Source: Psammoneis japonica (taxonomy: Eukaryota). Taken from it: a stretch of DNA of 64,000 nucleotides. Location of the stretch: contig QPGO01000003.1 in assembly GCA_008632985.1 (NCBI GenBank), positions 682,001 to 746,000 of the forward strand, written 5' to 3'. The position numbers and the translations under genes are program-made. Positions 12,150 through 24,915 of the stretch are shown piece by piece. The stretch's first letter is position 1; the number at the start of each line of letters is the position of its first letter. Below the pieces are notes generated by a model that was not told where the DNA came from, did not search any database, and saw only the letters and a list, made by a program, of their open reading frames with translations.

Positions 12150-14060
12150 GTCCGTTGTTCATCAAAGGTCACATGCACACCAAATGTTTGTGGGTGGATC
12201 ATTGTGTTTTGGAGAAATGTCAAGATTGCCATCATCATCATGCTTTGATGACGGTGCCTGATGTTCTTGTTTTTGTGAGTGATCGGGTGTGAATGTGAAC
12301 AATTTTTGTGTTCAAAAACAAACACTGCTCTTGCTCCAAAATGCCACACTGCTGGACCAATGTGAATTGCTTTGTCCCTTTTCTGGGTTTCCCAACATCC
12401 AGCAGCGCATGAGACTCCTTGAGCGGTGCAAGTCATTCTTCAGAATCACTGCGTGTCAACTTTTCAAATTGACAGTTCTCTTTGTTGAGCATGTCAGAGT
12501 CATGCTCCTTGTCCCTGTGCTTTGGATCATTGTTTGAGGAACTTGACTTGAACATTTTTTGAACTGCTCCATTGATCAGCATGGCATTTGGTTCTTCCCT
12601 GCAACTGGCATTTTATTGTCACAACATGGCCACAAGCAATTGCCATTCAAACAACGCCTTTTTGGATCACATTTGTGTTTTTCATTGCACTCTTTTGCCA
12701 GTCTTTTAATGACCCAGCAATTGTGTGTGTTGTGAGCATCCTTTTTGCAGCGGTCACACCACTTGTCAGACTCAGAACATTTGGCACCAGAATGGTGACC
12801 ATTTTTTGAACCATGATTGGGTCCATCCTTGGCTTTTGATCTAGACTTGCTGCTGGCATCAGCCTTGACATAAACAGAGTCAAAGATGACTTCAGCAACC
12901 TCCAAACACTCTAGAATCTTTGTGCCAACTTGTCACAGGCATGCTTCAAAATTTCAAAACCTTGAAGCATTGACTGGTGCTGCCATTTGCATGGTGCGAG
13001 ATTGTAGAGGTGATGTCCTTGAGCTTGTCATCCTCCATCTTCTGGTCTTCTTCAAAAGGAGGACAGTGCTTGAGGTCTTTGTTGACTTTTTGAACCCTGG
13101 CGGCAATTTCGCGGATCTTCATGGTCTCTGGTTTCTTGAGATCGTGACGCAGACAATGCTTCTGAATTTGGAGAGCATTTTTTGGGAAGGCATGCTTGGT
13201 GAGGTGCTGCAGTCATTTTTTGAAGGCTCCTTTGCTCTCTTCATCTTCAACATTTGTGGCGCCATTCTTGAATGCATGCAATGCATCTCCTTGCAACAAC
13301 ACATGCATCAAATGGAACTCATCTGATTGTTTCTTGATGTTCTGGCCCACCAAGAGTTGACCACAGCTCTTCAAAAATTCAAGGTGCTTGGGAACACCTT
13401 GCTTCTTGCAGTGCTTGACATTGATGGTGTGGGTGCAGCCATCCTTCATTTCTGGATGACAGCACTGCTCCATCTTGAGGTGCTGGATTGGTTTGAGCAT
13501 CTTTGGCTCAGAGATCGACTCCAACAATTGAGGAACAATTTTCTCCTGCTTGAAGGAAGACTTGGCCTTGGCAACATGAGGCAAATGCTTCATTTTCATC
13601 TTGTCAACTTCTGTGGTGTGCACACACAATGCACTGTGCTTGAAGAATGAGCACAAATGAAAGCAGAACAAAGCACAAAGAGTGAAAATTGTGAGATTAG
13701 ATCTTGCTCAATCATTTTGGGTTTCTCCAAACAAGTTCTCAATGGCCTGAAGCTTCTGCACAGCTTCTGCAGACAAGAGGCTTTTCAGAGAATGCAATCA
13801 TGACAACAGATTGTCCGGATGCAATGACTGTTGACACACAAGATGTCAACACCATCAAGCAATCACATTTGCAAATTTCGACATCCAATCAATTCTGTGT
13901 GATTGATCTGTCCTTCACATGAACCCATGACAGATGCACGATTGAAAGTGTGGTGACATTCAAAACCATGGACACACACGCAAATGCACGTGGCAATGCA
14001 TGTTGCATTTGTCCCACTTTTGTTCAGCATCAAGAACTTTGCATGTTGACAGAAAGACAT
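12150..14060 (-). mobile_element. Decayed Ty3/gypsy copy B (leader, gag, start of protease)
   Basis: Colinear with about 16200-18130 at DNA and protein level, e.g. AKSSFKQEKIVP and LLVGQNIKKQSD in both, plus a CxxC..H..C knuckle. Confidence 0.8.
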
Positions 14061-14099
14061 TGTCGCAGGATTTTGGTGGGAGCTTTTCAGCCAGCTCTT

Positions 14100-17000
14100 C
14101 TGTGCTGAGATTTTCCACAGGCACTGTTTTTCTCATGGCAAGTCAGCTGATTGCATCTGCAACAATGTCAGCCTTGCCCTCAAGGCAAATCATTTTGAGG
14201 TTCTTCGTTGTCAGATGCCAATGCACAACTCTGTCCATTGTGAAATTTTTGTGCACAAGATTTTTATGATCCGCACATGTGTTTGTCTGTTGGCCAAACA
14301 GCACATTCTGGAATTCTTTCAGTGTTTCTACAATGGACAGTGGCTCTTTCTTTTGTTGCAGCACATTGTGTCTGTGCTTCATTCAGCTTGCGGCTGCAGA
14401 AAGCAATGGGTCGGTTGTTCTGCGTGACCACCGCTCCCAATTGAGAATCACTCCTTGTGTCAGCATGTGTCTCAAAGGGCATGTCAAAATTTGGATGTGA
14501 CAACAACATGTCTTTGGAGATGATGTGCTTCACATTTTCAAAGGCTTTTTTGTTCTGTTTCTGTCCATTGCCACTTTACCTTAGATGAGGTGAGTTTGGC
14601 TGAAGGAGAAAAAAACATGAAATCATTGAGGCCACATGTCTTGACATCAGCTGATCATCCCAGTGAAGCATCACAATTCCTTGCAAGATTTGGGAGTTGC
14701 AACAGCGTGAATTGCTTCTGCTTTTTTGGCATCAGACTGATGCCATTGCAAGTGATGTGAAAGCCTGGATGGTCTGCTTTGGGTTTGGCAAAGAAGGACT
14801 TCTTGGCATTGACCTTCAACCCGGCTTGTTCAAGGTGTGTGAACACCGTTTCAAGCTTCTTGAGATGGTCTTGAAAATCACCTTTTGCAAAACACAGCAT
14901 GTCATCAATGCAAGTCCTGACAAACTGCAGACTTGCCATGAGCTCACTCATGTGCTCTCTTGGAAAACATCCAGAGCTCCGCAGATTGCCGCGGGCAATC
15001 TGCAGCACTCATGTTTGTCTCAAGGCATGACAATCTTGCACAAACAATGTGCGTGTGGAGTCAATTTGACATGACAGTGTCCTGCATTCAAATTGAGTGA
15101 AGCAGCACACATGAAGCCCTTGAGCTTCTGCAGCACATCTTGAGCGTTGGGCAGAGGAAATGGAGCATGCATCAACCACTCATTCAGCTCACGGAAGTTG
15201 GACAGAAGTTGAACTCAACTGTTTTTCTTTGGTTGAATGAAGGTTGGAGCAGCCCATTTGGAGCTGTTTTTTAAACCTTCAACTTGCACAGTCTTTCAAC
15301 CTCCTTTCAAGCAGTTGCCTCTGAGGCTTGTGGTGTGGGAAATGGCTTGGTGTGATGTGGGCTTGTGCCTGATTTCAACTTCAAATCCACTGGTTTCCCA
15401 GTCCATTTGCCCAGAGAACCATCAAAAAGGTTTCCAAATCTTTTTAAGAGGAAGTTCAGTTGCTTCTGCTCTTCTGGAGTTAGATGAGTTGCTGCTGCAG
15501 TTACATTGTCAAGGTTGGCAGCATGACAATCTGAGTCAAGGATCCAATTGACCCTGTCATTGAGACCAATCACAGCATGAGATTCCTCAACATGATTGGC
15601 AATCAACTTAACCCTTCAACCACCGGACTGCTCCCTTACATCACAAACACAGCAAAACAAGCAATTTCAGATGTGGGCGACATTTTGTTCACGCGATTTT
15701 GTTTTGGAACGTGCACTCGCCAAAAATCTGGGGGAACCCTTTTTGTAATTTAGAAAGTTCAATGTCGACTTTTAACACCGGGTTTTTTGCAAGCTTCATC
15801 TGTGAACAGAGAGGAACTAAATCTCAACCTGTGACAATGCAGGTTGTCATGAACTGCTGTCACAAACAGAGCAACAATGCCACACCCTTGGAGCAAATCT
15901 CCGCCGGTGGAGATTTGCTCCCAACAAGTGAGTGCACTTGGCATGCTTTACGTAGATTCTACGAGACATGACATTTTCGCTCCCCTGGTGGTTGAAGGGT
16001 TGAGAAACTGGCATTGAAGAGTGCACCAACATTCTTCATTGGTGCAGCCACATCCTCCCATTTGATTTCTTTGTTTGAGAAGTCCAATGTGATCCCAAGA
16101 TTGGGCATTGAGTTGTGTCCCATGATCACATCATAACAACTTGAAGAAGAAAGGGTGTTGTCAGCATGTTCTGTTGTTTTGATCATCTCATGTTTGTCAA
16201 ATTCAGGCGAGGCAAACTGGATTTTACACTGACTGTCAGTTGTGAAGAGCCCTCCTTTGGTTTCCCAAATTTTGGTGGTGGATTCCTTGGCTCTGAGTTT
16301 CTGCGTGAATTTGTGCAAAATTGTGGTTTGCAATCTTCCGCTGTTGAGGAGAACATGCAGAGGCTTTTTTGCTTTGCCCAAAGAGGCACTCATGTGAGCA
16401 ATGACTGCTGGACTGGCATGAGTTGCTTTGGCCTTTTTTCTTGGCTTTTTAACATCCAGCAGTGCACAAGACTCCTCAAGCAGAGTGAGTTGTTCTTCAG
16501 AATTGCTGTGCATGAGCTGCTCAAATTGACAGTTTTCCTCACTGAGGGTGTCAGAGTCACACTCCTTGCTCTTGCGCTTTGAATTGTTGTTCAAGGAACT
16601 TGCTTTGAACATTTTTTGAACTGCCTTTTTGATCATGGCATTCAGCTCTTCTTTGCGAGTGGCATTTTCATTGTTGCAACATGACCACGTGCCATTGCCA
16701 TTTGAGTGATGCCTTTTTGGATCACACTCACAATTCCCATTGCATTCTTTGGCCATTTGTTTAATGACCCAACACTTGTGTGCATCATGAGTGTCCTTTT
16801 TGCAGCAGCCACACTGCTCATCAGACTCAGATTGCTTGGCACCAGATTGGTGACCATTTTTGGAACCATGGTTGGATCCATCTTTGGCTTTTGATCCAGA
16901 CTTGCTGCTGGCACCAGCCTTGACATGAGTGGAGTCAAAGAGGTCTTCAGCAACCTCCAGATGTTCTAGAAACTCCACCAACTTGTCACAAGTGTGTTTC

Positions 17001-18130
17001 AAAATCTTGAAACCTTGAAGTGTCAACTGGCACTGCCATTTGCATGGTGCAAGATTGCAGAGGATGTCCTCAAGCTTGTTGTCCTTGATCTTCTGATCTT
17101 GCTTCTTTGAAGGGAGAGCAGCACTTGAGGTCAGCACTTGAGCTCTTCATTGACTTCTTGAACCCAAGCAGCAATTTCTTGGATCTTCATGGTCTCTGGT
17201 TTCTTGAGATTGCAGCGCAAATGATGTTTCTGAATTTGGAGAGCATTCTTCAGGAAGACATGCTTGGCAAGACACTGAAGGCATTTTTCAAAGGCTTCTT
17301 CACTCTCTTTGTCTTTAACATTTGTGGTGCCATTCTCAAATGCACACAGAGCATCTCCTTGCAACAACATGTGCATCAAATGGAGCATGTCTGATTGCTT
17401 CTTGATGTTCTGGCCCACCAAGAGTTGTTCAGAGTTCTTCAAAAATTCGAGGAACTTGGGAATGCCTTGCTTCTTGCAGCACTCAACATTGATTGTGTGG
17501 GTGCAGCTGTCCTTCTTTTCTGGATGAAACCGCTGCTGCATTTTGAGGTGCTGGCTTGGTTTGAGTGTCTTTGGCTTGAAGATTGATTCCAGTGGCACAG
17601 GAACAATTTTTTCCTGCTTGAAGGAAGACTTGGCATTGGCAACAGGAGGCAAAAGCTTCATTTTCATCTTGTTGCCTTCTGCAGTGTGTGTGCACAATGC
17701 ACTGTGCTTGAAGAACAAGTGTGAATGAAAGCAGAACAAAGTGCGAAAGTGAAAATCATGACAGCAGATTTTGCTCAATCATTTTGGGTTTCTCTGAACA
17801 AGTTCCAATGACCCAAAGCTTTTGCACTGCTTCCACAGACAAGAGGTCTCTGTCTGGTGGATGTGATTGCTGTTGACACATGAGATGTCAACATCGTCAA
17901 AAACATGCATTTGCAAATTTTGACATCCAACCAATTCTGTGTGATTGATCTGTCCTTCATGCAAACCCATGATTGACATGTGATTGAAAAAGCAACAATG
18001 TTGAAACACAAACACACACACGCACATGCAAATGCACACAACAATGCACGTTGCACTCCAGCAATGGTGTTTGTGTGCAGAATTCTGTGTGCAAGCTCTG
18101 CACTTTGCAGGTTTAGTCAATGGACACATT
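14100..18130 (-). mobile_element. Decayed Ty3/gypsy copy A (gag, protease, RT, RNase H; no integrase seen)
   Basis: Protease LLNSG...WETKGGLFTT...YDVIMG...LGITLDFS. RT FVRTCIDDMLC...LEQAGLKVNAKKSFF (YIDD->CIDD). RNase H HPNFDMPFETHAD...QLGAVVTQNNRPIAFCSRKLN...LSIVETLKEF...DHKNL...VADAIS. Confidence 0.9.
15612..15999. mobile_element. 388 bp piggyBac-type MITE inserted in gypsy pol
   Basis: 15 bp TIRs CCCTTCAACCACCGG / CTGGTGGTTGAAGGG (1 mismatch), flanked by TTAA (15608-15611) and TTGA (16000-16003). Confidence 0.8.
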
Positions 18131-19692
18131 TGTCTTCAACCTCTGATTAAACAACCAATTTTGCAGTGCCTTTGTGCCTCTCAATGCTTGAAGTTTTCAA
18201 AAATGCACCTGCCCTGCACAATTCCCAAGACATCAGAAAATTGTGCAGAAGAAAAAATGTGAAAATTTGTTGAATGGATCACCCAACAATGATGGCACTA
18301 CAAAACAATGCAAAATTTCTCCAAAGTCACATGGAAATGCACGTGCGCGAGACATGCGTTGCAATCCAAAAAACTGTTGATGTCACAGTTCAGCACTGCA
18401 AGGTTCCATCCACAGCTGGGGTGCATTTTCAATTTCTGTCACTGTGAAAAGCAATGGGCAAACCAGCCATTTTGTTGCTGGAGTTGTCACTCATGATTTG
18501 CAAGGGCCAAGCTCCAAACAAGTGATGAGATCTGCAGAGGCACTGCAACAGGAGAGAGTCGTGGCCCACTGTCCAGCTGGTGCAGCAAATTTGAAGAGCA
18601 AAGAAAGTGAGCAAGTTTTGTTCAAGTTCAACAGCAGAGCAGCATTTGTTGTTGGCAATGGGATGAATGAGCATTTTGATGAGACTCAAGCACCTGAAGA
18701 AGGGTGTTTGATTGGGCAGCCATGGACATTGCCATGCTTGGCTGCAAAGGATTTTAGGAGCTGTGCAGGAAACAAGCACGTCGGGGCACTTGGGTGTCAT
18801 TGAATTTTTTGGGACCACTCTGCATGCAACTCATGCATGTGCAATGATGAGACATGCAGAGCTTGAGCCCCTGCATGACAATGGTGTCACATTTGGCACT
18901 GCCCAGAGATCTCAGACAGCCTCTTCATGCAAGATGCGCCAAGTGTGCTCCTTGTTCCTGCTTGATCAGCTGTCTCAATGAGTCAGCTGATGGATGCAGG
19001 ACAGTGGCCTTGCTGCACCATCCAGGGTTGCCTGCTGTGCTTGCTCCTGTGATGAGATCAGTTGAGTGACGGAAGTGATCCAGTGCAAAGCAATGTGGCT
19101 GTGGCACATCTGACTGGAATTTGTCCTGAGTCTCCAACTTTTTATTTCAGATTCTGATGAGCACTGTCATCACATGTGTCTTTGTGTTGAACATGCAAAA
19201 AGCCAGAGTTTGTCATCTGAGACTTGTCATCTGGGCAACTCAAGCTCTGCTTTCATCCCTGTCAGACCTCTCTGCTCAATGCATCAAGCAACAGACAAGG
19301 CCATCAAAAAATTCTTCTCTCACAGCATGTTGTTTCTTGACCTCTGTGGAAAGAATGTGCATCAGCTGATTGTGGGCATGGCAGATTTTTTTGCAATCAG
19401 AACACCCAGCCATGTGTTGAAGTTTCTTTCTCTCCTGGGTGCACTCATCACTTTGTTCTTGTTGTTGGCCATGAGTGCTTGCCCACGGACATGTCAGCAT
19501 CACCGCACATGTTGTTCAAAGGCATTTTGGCACATTTGAGTCCCTTTTGTTGTTGACTTGCATCAATCAATCATGACAATGTTCAGTGCAGTTAATGGCA
19601 TGATTGAATGTGATCCACACACACAAAACAAGATGAAATTTGATGGCTTGTGTGCAGAAAACTGGCACAACAGTGGCCTGAACAAATGTGGA

Positions 19693-20149
19693 GGATCTGG
19701 TGCTTATGTTTGTTTTTCCCTTTCTCAGATCTCACACGAAGAACACAGTGGTGAGTCATTTTCATGCAAATGACTGTTCTTGTGTTGCATCTTCACAAGT
19801 GCAAACCACAAAACATCTGGTGGAGCAAGCAAAGGCCAAGGCAAAGCAGAGTCATGTGTGGCTGGTGTCAACATGGTGGGTTCAATGCCACAGTTCATTC
19901 TTCTCTTTCTCTGCCACAAGGGATCTGGTGTTCATGTTTGTTTTTCCTTTTCTCAGATCTCATATGAAGAACACAGTGTGGTGAGTCATTTTCATGCAAA
20001 CGACTGTTCCAGTCGTGTTGCACATTCACAAATGCAAGCCACAAAACATCTGGTGGAGCAAAGGCCAAGGCAAAGTAGAATCATGTGTGACTGGTGTCAA
20101 CATGGCAGGTTCAATGCCACAGTTCATTCTTCTCTTTCTCTGCCACAAG
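19693..20149. repeat. Tandem duplication of a ~228 bp unit
   Basis: 19693-19920 and 19921-20149 both start GGATCTGGTG and end CTCTGCCACAAG. Confidence 0.9.
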
Positions 20150-22440
20150 GGGCTGCTTTGAGGCAATGCGCCAATGCTGCGCCAGCCGTGGTCTTCGCCA
20201 CATGGTGGATTTGCACGTGGCTGGTTTTTTCTGAGTGTTTCACGAGCTTTCCTCAAGTGGTGAAATGAAAACATTTGCACGAGGACATGCACAAAGTGTG
20301 TGTTTTGTCACTTCATTGGAATGATGGGTGATTGTTGGAAGCCAAAAACTGCGAGCTGTGGCGGGTGACATGGCAAAACTGTCTGGTGCCAAAAGCTGCA
20401 CAAAAAATCATGCTTGACAGGTTTCATTTCACCTGGAGCTGGAGCTGGAGCTGGAACTGGCCTTTGGCGCACTTTAACATCATGAAGCATGCTTGCTGCA
20501 CAACACCCAAAATGCAATGAACGGCTGTTGCAAAGTGCGCAGCAGCTCCAAAGCACTGCCATGGGGCCCAACGCCATGCTTCCTCGTGCAATGTCAAACC
20601 TCCCAATTTTCACCAAAATGCATTTCCAGCCGACCAATGGCATAATAACACGAGGTTCCCGACAACTTTTGGGGTCGCAAGTAGAGAGTTGCGTTAGTCA
20701 CAGAGCTGTCACTAAAATTTGTCCCTCTTGCTTTCTCCCGTGCAACAGAGGTGCTCTGCGAAAAGCTGCTTCCATTTTCAAAAGCCGATGCCAGGAACAA
20801 CATGCACCCATTGCATTCTCATAAGATGCTGGTTTGAAGCGTAGGATGCCGACAATGTTCGTATCTTGGGCACTTCTGTCTCTAGCGGGGGGTCAAAGTC
20901 TAACCATTTTTAGTTTTTTGATTCTAGTCGAATGGATCCACGTTCATTCTCGAGTGGTGACTCGTTCAATCGAATGAGTCGTCAAAGTACATTCTCGACT
21001 CGTGATTCGAAGTCACGAGTAAAACTTGCACGAGCGTTCGTGCCATTTTGACAGCGTTGCACGAACAACAGGGTCGTTGCGGCATCCTCTAGGTGTTTGG
21101 CAAGGGTGACGATGCACACCGCTGTGCTACATTTACCATGTGATAGCTTGAAAACCTAAGATAATGGTGTGCTCATCACAGCTCGACAGGCCACACTTTG
21201 TGAAAACAACAGTCATTTTTCATTCCGAGACGCACTCACACATGGCACCCAACTTCGAATCTCGGCCTTCCCACAAGATAAAAAGCTGCATTCACGAAAG
21301 CATGAGACCAGCAATTAGGGAGAAGCAAAACACACTGTTGGGATTGTGTGTGGTTCGTGCCAAGCAAACACAGCGCGGTGTTGTTGTGCATTGCTGCAGG
21401 CTTCAAAGCAGTGCCGGTCAATTTCCGACCCAGCCACATCAAACAAACCCTGCACCGCCTCTTTTTTTTTGACTTTTCATTCTCAAGTCCAGCTGCAGCA
21501 GCCATGTTTGGTTTTGCAGCTGCTCCTTCAGCAGACAGCCAATCCTTTGTCAGAGCTCTCATGCCCGTCTTTGTGAGCTTCCCACTGCTGCTGCCTGGCT
21601 GAAGCTCTTGTGTCCCCGGGAAGACTTCTTGGCACACACCAAGATTTCCTCACAATGCAAACCATCTGCCCACGCCTTCCAACCAGCATCACATCTGAAA
21701 GCAATTTGTTTGTTCTTGAATCTGAATCCATGAATGTGAGAGCATGTCTTTTTCTGAATTTCCGTTTCAATGAAACCCTCTTCAATCCGACAACGCTTTG
21801 GCGGACGCACCACAATTGCTCCATTGGAAGTTGTGAAGGTTTCCTTGAAACCAAATGCTTGCTCTGTGCTCAAGAATCCTGGCATGGCATCTGTGGCTTG
21901 TGCAATGATGTGCCAGAGCTGGTCTCTGGCAGACTCATTCTCACAATCGCCGCCACACCAATCTCTTTGGCCAATGCTTTCTCATGCCACCACCATTTTG
22001 CACTTGTGTTTTCTAGCCTTTTTGTTGCTGCCAGCTTTGACTCAGTGGGTGCCAGAAATCTGGCTGGTGGCAGGCATGTGAAGAATTGTCACGTGACATG
22101 CTGTCACGACAAGTGAAGCAGCATGTTTCAACATTTCTCGCCAAAATGCACGTCTCCTGATGGATGATTGCAAGAGCACATTGATGAAGATCTAATGGAG
22201 CTTCTGTTGCAACGGTCCAGAAAATGATGACAGTTCAGATGCCTGTTGAAGCGATGCAATTGTTGCCATTGTCAGTGAGAGATTTGGTCAATTTCCCGTG
22301 GTGAGACCACGGTGATGGTCTGCACGCTCATCCGGAGTGCGCCTGCCACACCAGTTTGGAGTTGTTCAAGTTGGGACTCACAACTGCAAGATTTTGGTGA
22401 AAGAGTCATCAAGCATGAGAAACACACATTGTGTCAGCAA

Positions 22441-22975
22441 GCAAGTTGAGTCACATTCAAGCATGCTAAATTGACATGAGCTCAACAAAACACACCACAA
22501 GTTCTTGCACCTGAACCATCATTCAGCACTTTGATGAGTGCAAAATCAACACCACACTAGACACCTGCACACAAAGCAAGCAAGAAGCTCATCATTGAGT
22601 TGAGGAAAGTCCGGTCATTGCTGTTGGCTTTCTTGCTGCACTGGTGTCCATGGCTTGCTGTGCCACAAAACAGAATGCATTTCAAAATCAAGATGACAAC
22701 ACCTGTGAATGTAAGAGATGAAAGAGCTCAGTGGGGTGCATTGAGAGAAAAGAGACACAGAGACACAGGTTGGCACTCGTGACAGACACAGAGCATGAGC
22801 GCTAACATGCACATGTGTGTGAATTGCAGCAGATTGCAACAATGCACTCCAATGCCTCATCTTCCAAAAACCAACAACTCATCTTCCAACATCACACAAA
22901 GAACAGTGCAAACAAAGCATCCAGCATTTGAAAAGCATTGGCACCATTTCAAAAACTCATTTCAAAAACTCCTTT
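22441..22975. repeat. Diverged ~550 bp direct repeat, copy 1 (copy 2 at about 23968-24555)
   Basis: Shared blocks GCAAGTTGAGT, GCAAAATCAA.ACCACAC, TTCTTGCTGCACTGGTG, GCATTGAGAGAAAAG.GACACAGAGA, CATCTTCCAAAA and CCATTTCAAAAACT occur in the same order. Confidence 0.75.
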
Positions 22976-23967
22976 TGTTGCCATTGTCATCATGAGACTC
23001 TTGGTTCTTCACATCCTGGCCATTCTGAGTCTCTTGCTCTTTGCCTCAAGACTCGTGCAAAGCCTGCACAAAGTCCTGGCAGGGTGAGAAGAGACATTTT
23101 TGCCCAAGAGGTGAGTGACACCTCCCAGGCAAGGGAGGAGGAAGCATGGATGGGAGTTGTGGTGCATGAAGCCTCCTGGGTTTCTTTGGCCATGCAGAGA
23201 AAGACCCAAGTGATTGACAGGCCATTTTCAAAAAACATTTTTTGTTGTTTGCCACACACCCAGGTTTTCGTCAAATGTCTGCCACATGGAGTTGCAAAAC
23301 AGCTGGCAATGAGAGGCCAAACCACGGGTCTCTTCCTCAACATTTGTCTCCCAGGAACTTGGTGAGTTGTGAATGTCAGCAGGCTGCCAAGAGACTGAAT
23401 GTGGCAAGAAAAGTGAAGGCATTTTAGTGAACTTTGGCATCATGCAAAATGCACACTTGCAGTCAGAACAACGCCCAAAAGAAAGCAGTTTTGAGTTCTG
23501 TCATTGCAACCCAGATTCTGCAAGTTGCAGTTCTAAAATCCCATCACAGCAAGGTTTTCTTGAGTGGCTGCCAAGAGGCTTAACAAGACAAGACAAGCAG
23601 AATGACCAAAACACATGTTTTGGCTCACACTTCAATGTCACAACACTTGTTTTTGGCTGCAAAACAATGTCCCAAAGAAAGCCAGTTGGCGCAGTTGTCA
23701 TTTGCTTCCCAGATGCTGTGTGCTGCAATCATGGAATTTTGTCCATGAGTGGGGCCATCTTGAGTGACTGACAAGAGGCCAAGCATGGCAAGAAAAATGG
23801 GTTGAGCAAAACAGCATGCATTTTGGCACAATTTGGATGTCATGATGCACGCTTGCTGAACAGTGCACAAGAAAACTCAATGAACAGTTGCTGTGAAACT
23901 GCGCAGCTGCTGCAATGCAGTGCAAGACTTCAACAGAAGTGGCAAGCACAAGGAACACATGATGGTG

Positions 23968-24555
23968 AGCAAGTTGAGTGGCATGAGAGCACACACAAAG
24001 TTGGCGTGAGTTTCACAAAGCAAGCCACAAGCTCTTGCATTGAGCTGCAATTCAGTGGTTTGACACACGCAAAATCAAAACCACACAGGACACACAGCAT
24101 TTACAAAGTGAGCCACTTGTCACATTGAGATGAGCAAACCCATTGTTGCTGTGATTTTTCTTGCTGCACTGGTGGTGCGCTTGAAGCTTGCCGTGCCACA
24201 AGAAGGGCACAGAGCTCAGCACAAAAATGAATCTCAAGACAGCAATGCCCCATGCGAGTGCAAGAAGACATGAAAAGCTCAGCAGGAAGCATTGAGAGAA
24301 AAGTGACACAGAGAGGCAAAGATGTGGACAAACAACAGATGGAAAGCACACACACACTGACAAGTGCATGCGTGGGTTGCAGGGGGCTGCAACAGCGGTG
24401 CACTCAGACTCTTCTCACGCACCTCATCTTCCAAAACCAAAATGCTTTGTCTTCCCACACTCAGCTTGCCTCAATCAAGAATGTCACAAACAGCACAAAG
24501 AACAAAAAGCACAGTTTTTGAAAAGCAGTGACGCCATTTCAAAAACTGAAAACTC
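23968..24555. repeat. Diverged ~590 bp direct repeat, copy 2
   Basis: Colinear with 22441-22975. Confidence 0.75.
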
Positions 24556-24915
24556 TCGCTTTTTTGTCACGAAGTGCAGAGACACCCCCTGGTCATTTTG
24601 AGTGTTCACGTAGAACCCACACAAAATCCTCTCTCTAGCTAGAGTAGAGAGATTTATGCCCCGATGTGATTGAATGACGATTGGTCGCGTATTTAGTCGT
24701 GTCTGTATCTTTAACTGCAGTTTAATTCTACGTACACAAACGCTACAGCAACAGCAAGGTTCAAGGTGGAGTGAAAAGGCAAGAGAACATTGAATGACCA
24801 ATCCCCAAAATCACTGGGGCACTGCGCAAGCATTGAATTGACCAATCTCAAAATCAAAAATAGTAATGCCTTGTGTCCACGATCGCCTCATCAATGTTTG
24901 TGAATTGTGATCACG

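Larger units (their letters stand above)
5520..24608. other. TpA/CpG-depleted, CpA/TpG-enriched hypermutated repeat domain 1
   Basis: TA is nearly absent and CG rare. ORF translations almost lack Tyr and are Cys/His-rich. Contains decayed TEs. Boundaries are approximate. Confidence 0.9.

Noticed and set aside
14100..18130. ADAR or APOBEC editing of retroelement RNA/cDNA
   Set aside because: Changes are strand-symmetric and also affect DNA transposons, pseudogenes and a target-site flank.
22441..24555. Direct repeats as an LTR pair
   Set aside because: No clear TG...CA termini, TSD or retroelement coding sequence between them; kept as a generic repeat.
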